Shown: positions 59,337 through 64,000 of the stretch, one piece after another
Numbering within the stretch: the stretch's first letter is position 1
How the letters are laid out: each line of letters starts with the position of its first letter
NCBI GenBank assembly: GCA_047495785.1
Contig: JBLDXI010000004.1
Coordinates: 930,001 to 994,000, forward strand
Length of the DNA stretch: 64,000 nt
Origin: Lepidodermella squamata
Lineage: Eukaryota > Animalia > Gastrotricha
Direction: 5' to 3'
Made by a program: the position numbers and the translations under genes
Notes under the pieces: model-generated
The model's database searches: none
What the model was told of the DNA's origin: nothing
What the model saw: only the letters and a program-made list of their open reading frames with translations

Positions 59337-60416
59337 TATGGAATTAATATTTTCTCAATGGTAAAAAATTTACTGATGTTATTTACAACTCCAAGTTAAA
59401 CGCTGATTTTATCGCTTTTACGGTCAATTTCCGGAAAATTCTCAATGAAAGATAGGAAAAATAGTGAAAAAATGAAAAAAATGAATACGCAGAAAGAAAT
59501 TGGCTCGTGCTAAGAAACCATTGTGAAATTTGTTTTGCACATTATGAAAATGCAAATGAAAAAAGGTGTATAACGGTGACTTCCCCAGAATACTAAGATT
59601 AACATGAAACACTAATCACAGCGGGTGCACATGGCAACTTATTTGCACCCTTAAATGGGTATACGAAGCAAGTTAATTGTACCCACTGGGTGCAAACTAG
59701 TTGTACCCGAGTGGGGTGCAAGGTGCAAATAGCCACTTCCTAAAATAAAAATATGTCAATCGGGTGCACTGTTTTTTTTTATTTCTTTCCCAGCGTCGAT
59801 TCTGTGATGCGTAAACACGAATACCAAGTCCTAGTTTTCTCATTTAGTTGAATTTTGGAAGATAGATTTATTGTTATAATAAATCGATTGCATTCGTTCG
59901 AATTATTGGAATTATTAGCCGAGTGCGTAACATGAAACTGGCTTCCATTCCTTTACGACTTACTTGTTCTGCGTCCTAGCAATTTGTTCGGTTTTTTCGC
60001 AAATTCGCGGTTTTTTTCGGTTTTTTTCCCGAGGAGGGGCGGCGGGAGCTTCTGCCCGATATTTCAACTTGCTCTGATGTTACTAGCGCAGCCGAATGGA
60101 AATCAAACCGGAGAAGATAGAAATTCATTTGATTCAGTCAATTTTGCTATCGAATCGGTGTCTCTTCTTGACACAACCTTACGTTTTACGCATTGCTGTG
60201 ATATTGCGTGGATCGCTGCCAGCTGTTTTCGCTAGCACTTCCAGGATTAAACGTAGCTAGCTCTGCAAATTTAAAGGTCCATCACACTGCTGCAACATCA
60301 GTCCAAATGGTGTTTCTCTAATATCTGCGATTGAATATTAAATTTTCTGAGGTTGTGTTATTATTTTATCAAATGTTGTTGGTGATCGTCTGTGCCAACC
60401 AGCGACACCTTATTTT

Positions 60417-61145
60417 ATGGCCGACACTGAAGGCGCGTCGACGTCTGTTCGTCACCCTGCCCGCCCGCCTGAGGGTCCCGAAGAAGAAGCAAAAAAGCCG
60501 GCTGACCCGCCGCCTGCGTCTGCTAGTGGCGGCGAGCGGCTGCCGAAGAAGATCAACGTTAAGGGCCTGTCCGCCACCGCGATTGCCGAGGTGAAAGCTC
60601 TCGTCTCGCAACACCGCGGCGCTGCTGCCTCACCGTCATCCTCGAACGATCCGATGGATGCTGATAGGGAGTTTCCGGCCCTAGCAGCATTGTCCGCTGC
60701 GCCACCGGCCAGCGGTTGGCCGAAGGCCCCGCCGCCCGTTGCCTCTGCTGCTGCGGGCGCCCCTCGTCGAGCCCCAGCCCCCGCCAACCCCGTTAGTAAG
60801 CGCGTCGTGATCATCGACAATGTCACAGGTCTTCAGCGCTGCGAACTCGAGCCAGAACTAATGCGCGCTGCGCCCTGGCTGGAGTATGATGCTGTCGATA
60901 TGCGCAGTGGCGGCCTTCGTGTTATCTGCTCCACGCCCGCCGCTGCTGACCGTCTTCAGAAAAAAGAATTCCCTGCTGGCGCCTTTGAGGGCAGTGACCT
61001 TCGCGTCCATCGCCCCAAGGAGGCTGATGCTAGCCGCACGCTCCCTCCTGCGGTTGAAAAAGAAAACCGCAGTGCGCTTACCTCCCGCCTTTCTGGCTGC
61101 TACACAGCTGCCGATCTCCGTGCCAAGATTTTGAGCAAATTTTGA
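60417..61145 (+). mobile_element. Probable ORF1 (gag-like) of a non-LTR retrotransposon, truncated
   Basis: GC-rich intronless 242-aa ORF, Pro/Ala-rich, with EFPAL motif and an RRM-like VVIIDNV..LRVIC..LRVHRP segment; ends at a short duplication (TTTTGAGCA x2). No RT follows. Confidence 0.55.
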
Positions 61146-61332
61146 GCAGATTCTGCCACTTCATCAACTGAATTATCGGTGAAACCAGTGAATCCGCAAT
61201 TGTTTCAATCGGTTGATGTTTGTAGAAGACGCTCGAAAAGCTGCTGTTGAAACTTGCGATCGTGAAAAACAAATAATTTAGCGTGCTGCACGATTTTCAA
61301 GCCAACCAGTCAGGTTTCAAGCATTCCAATTA

Positions 61333-63089
61333 CAGTGCTCCCTCGATATAAGCAAGGGGGCGGGGTGCACGCGATTGCTCTTATCGAGGGTTGCTCTTAT
61401 AGAGGGCTGTTAAAGAGCTAGCGATGAATCTTAAGTGCGTCGCCAGGTTTTATTCTCTAGGGTGACGTTGATTTTATTGGTTAGCCACGTCGGAGAAAGC
61501 CTGGTCTGAATTGTTTTGCATTATCGCAATTCTTGCACTAATTATAATCAAATTATAATCAAGGTTATTAATTTATAATCAAAATATGGCCGCATAAGTT
61601 TTAATTATATATTTTTGGCGAAAATACATAATTATTTTTCCAATTCTAAGAAAAAATTTTTTTGTTATATGATCATAGTTATCCGATTTCGTGAATTTAA
61701 CCAGCGATATTATTGTCATTAATTGTCTCCATTGATTTATATTAATCGAACCATAATTTGTATACCTTTTTGTGTGAAGAATGAGAATGGATAATGGGAA
61801 GCCTACAATAGAATTCAATCCTGATTGAAGTCCAAGTCAAATCATAAATGCACAAGCGGATTTAACATTAAAACTGTTGAGCCTACATTTGGGTACACTG
61901 TACATTTGGGTGTAAGACTTCAGCTAGATTGCTGTGCTGCCTGAATACCTTATTACCTTATCCAGATTAAAATCATTATTTCTCCTAAATTCAAAGAAAA
62001 AATACCGAAGTAGACGGGGAGGGTGAAGCCACGAACCTTGCACGTGAACATCGATGCGAAGCTTGCACCAACTTTGGGTCTTAATTTTTTAAGAATTCGA
62101 TTCGGTTATCTAATTTTCACTGGGTTTACTCTTGATAACTTTTTAGTTGAATGTAACAAGCTTTGCTGAGATTGAATATTATTTTCATCATTATTCCTGA
62201 ACCGTAGCGTAATCACAACCATTCTCTAAATCATCTCATCAATTACTAGTAGTAGTGGTTGTGAATGAAAAAAATACGAGAGGTCAAGCGCTCGCACGAT
62301 CTCAATCTTGAAGTGCTGAGATAAAAAACATGGATCTGTAAAGATCAAAGATGAAGAGATCACGGCGCGCCACGGTCCAACTAAAAAATAGGAAAAGCCG
62401 TGAGCAGCGTTACAATTTTGTTGCTAACGTAAACAAATTTTTCATGTAAATTAAAAATTATCATGTAAATAATTTTAACGAAGTGCGCTTTCATACATAT
62501 TTATGTATGAAATTTTTCCCTTTCATACATATTTATGTATGACAAAATTAACTTTCATACATATTTTTTTTCATAAAATCGTGTTTTTTAGCCAAACTGT
62601 GATTAGGAATTGGAGTTGGGGGTTAGGGTTAGGTGCCAGGGTTCGGGTTAGGGTTAGGGTTAGGTTTAGGTTTTGGTTAGGGTTCAGGGTTAAGGTTTAG
62701 GGTTAGGGTAGTTCGAGTTTCGGGTTTCTACAAAGTTCGATTTTTGGGCCCTTGCGCTTCCCCAATAACCATTTTCATGCGGAAAAAATTGACTACGCTT
62801 TCGGAACCCCGTTTTTCCTTCACATAAACCGAAATCTAGTCATCTGGCATTTCCCTAATGTTTTCAGCTCGAATTTAATGAAAATAAATATGTATGAAAG
62901 TTAATTTTGTCATACATAAATATGTATGAAAGGTAAAAATTTCATACATATTTATGTATGAAAGTTGGCACCCTAATTTTAATTTACATGAAAAATAATT
63001 TTTTAACAAATAAAATCAACGGGATCCAAAAATAGTTGCTAGTGCGAGGGATTGCTCTTATCGGGGTTGCTTATATCGAGGGAGCACTG
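61333..63089. mobile_element. Non-autonomous pogo/Tc1-type element (same TIR family as 9094-10703) with a nested foldback
   Basis: TA|CAGTGCTCCCTCGATATAAGCAA ... TTGCTTATATCGAGGGAGCACTG|TA. Confidence 0.8.
62617..62710 (+). repeat. Degenerate interstitial (TTAGGG)n tract
   Basis: GGTTAGGGTTAGG... variants lying between inverted TTCATACATATTTATGTATGA arrays (62489-62565 and 62886-62963). Confidence 0.8.
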
Positions 63090-64000
63090 TAATGAGGAAA
63101 TTGTGGATTCACTGGCTCCACTAAGTTCATATCCTCTAAATATGCATATCCGCTTAGTATCGTCGTGGAAACGGCGGCAAAGCATTATTCAGCAAAGCAT
63201 TATTAGCGCTATTCATGGGTTCGTTAGAGAGAGATTTTTAAAGGCGCTGAACACTGAACAATATTCCGTAAAAAAACCAGGGGTCATCATTTTTGGTGAG
63301 CACCCCGATGATCCATCAGACGTTTTCAAACTGTTCAAACGGTTAATTTTGGTTATCCAATAAGCTTCAATAAACCCCTGTCGTCAAAGCCCTGGCACCC
63401 AGAAAGTTTCGGGAAAATTAGTAAATTAAAGTTTCCGGCAAATGCTGGCACCTTTAGCAGCGCCTTAGCTCCTCTACTTGCCAAAATGATCATTAGCGAT
63501 TTCAGTGATCAAGTATGAACAATTGGGTAGAGCGTACAAGTAAAATGATCTGAAACCTGAAATCAAATTAAACATTGCAAGATTATATCAACATTGTCAC
63601 CTTAATTGTCTCAATTTCATCTTGAGTCATTCAACCGGATCATTATTCCCGCTCGGTCAAATGCTAACGTTTTCTCAAGACATTCTCTCCCTCGATATGC
63701 CGGTTATCTTTTTTTCGATATCAGCCCAATCATTAGTGGTTAATTGGAAGTGGCAAGGTAATATCCATTTTTACCTGCAGTTTAAATATAGAAATTGATA
63801 AAAGTTTGCGATCAATGGAATGCGGAAATTTGTGTGCGTTCATTCGAAGCAACAAAGAAAGGACAATATGACTTGATTGCAATATCACCGCGCTTAATAC
63901 GCCATGTCAATATTAAGTTGCGTCAAAAACATTTAATTTGAAAAACCACCCGCTATTTGGCATTAAGTGAAATCGATCAAATGTCGCCTCATTGAGCGCA

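Larger units (their letters stand above)
54430..59568. mobile_element. IS630/Tc1/mariner-superfamily transposon, ~50-bp TIRs, TA duplication
   Basis: TA|CACCTTTTTTCATTTGCATTTTCATAATGTGCAAAA ... TTTTGCACATTATGAAAATGCAAATGAAAAAAGGTG|TA; contains a transposase and a second ORF. Confidence 0.85.

Noticed and set aside
62617-62710. True telomere
   Set aside because: Short, degenerate and internal to a TIR element.

Overview
AT-rich eukaryotic, probably invertebrate-animal, genomic DNA with short GT-AG introns; the ORF track is mostly exon fragments, so gene models were rebuilt by hand from splice sites. (1) A tandem cluster of a 10-exon secreted-protein family: signal peptide, six 4-Cys modules arranged as two A-B-C triplets, then a non-canonical C-type lectin-like domain (CTLD). 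Two copies look intact (5572-7903 -, 33344-40556 +), three are disrupted (1447-3963 -, 16074-22609 +, 27371-30811 -), one runs off the left edge, and several relics remain. Paralogues are mosaics, and their CTLDs vary mainly in the C-terminal part. (2) An intact 15-exon gene (44795-51732 +) for a secreted astacin-like protein lacking the zinc-binding motif, followed by EGF, CUB-like and kringle domains and one copy of the same A-B-C cysteine triplet, joined through a phase-1 intron. I do not recognise this ~140-aa 12-Cys triplet as a named domain; it is the best candidate for an undescribed system. (3) Many transposons, often nested: an intron-containing piggyBac, a Sola1-like element, a TA-flanked IS630/Tc1 element with a second convergent AT-hook/Myb-like ORF, P-like, EnSpm-like, MULE-, Harbinger- and pogo-like non-autonomous elements, and LINE fragments. 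No database search was run; family assignments rest on recognised motifs.
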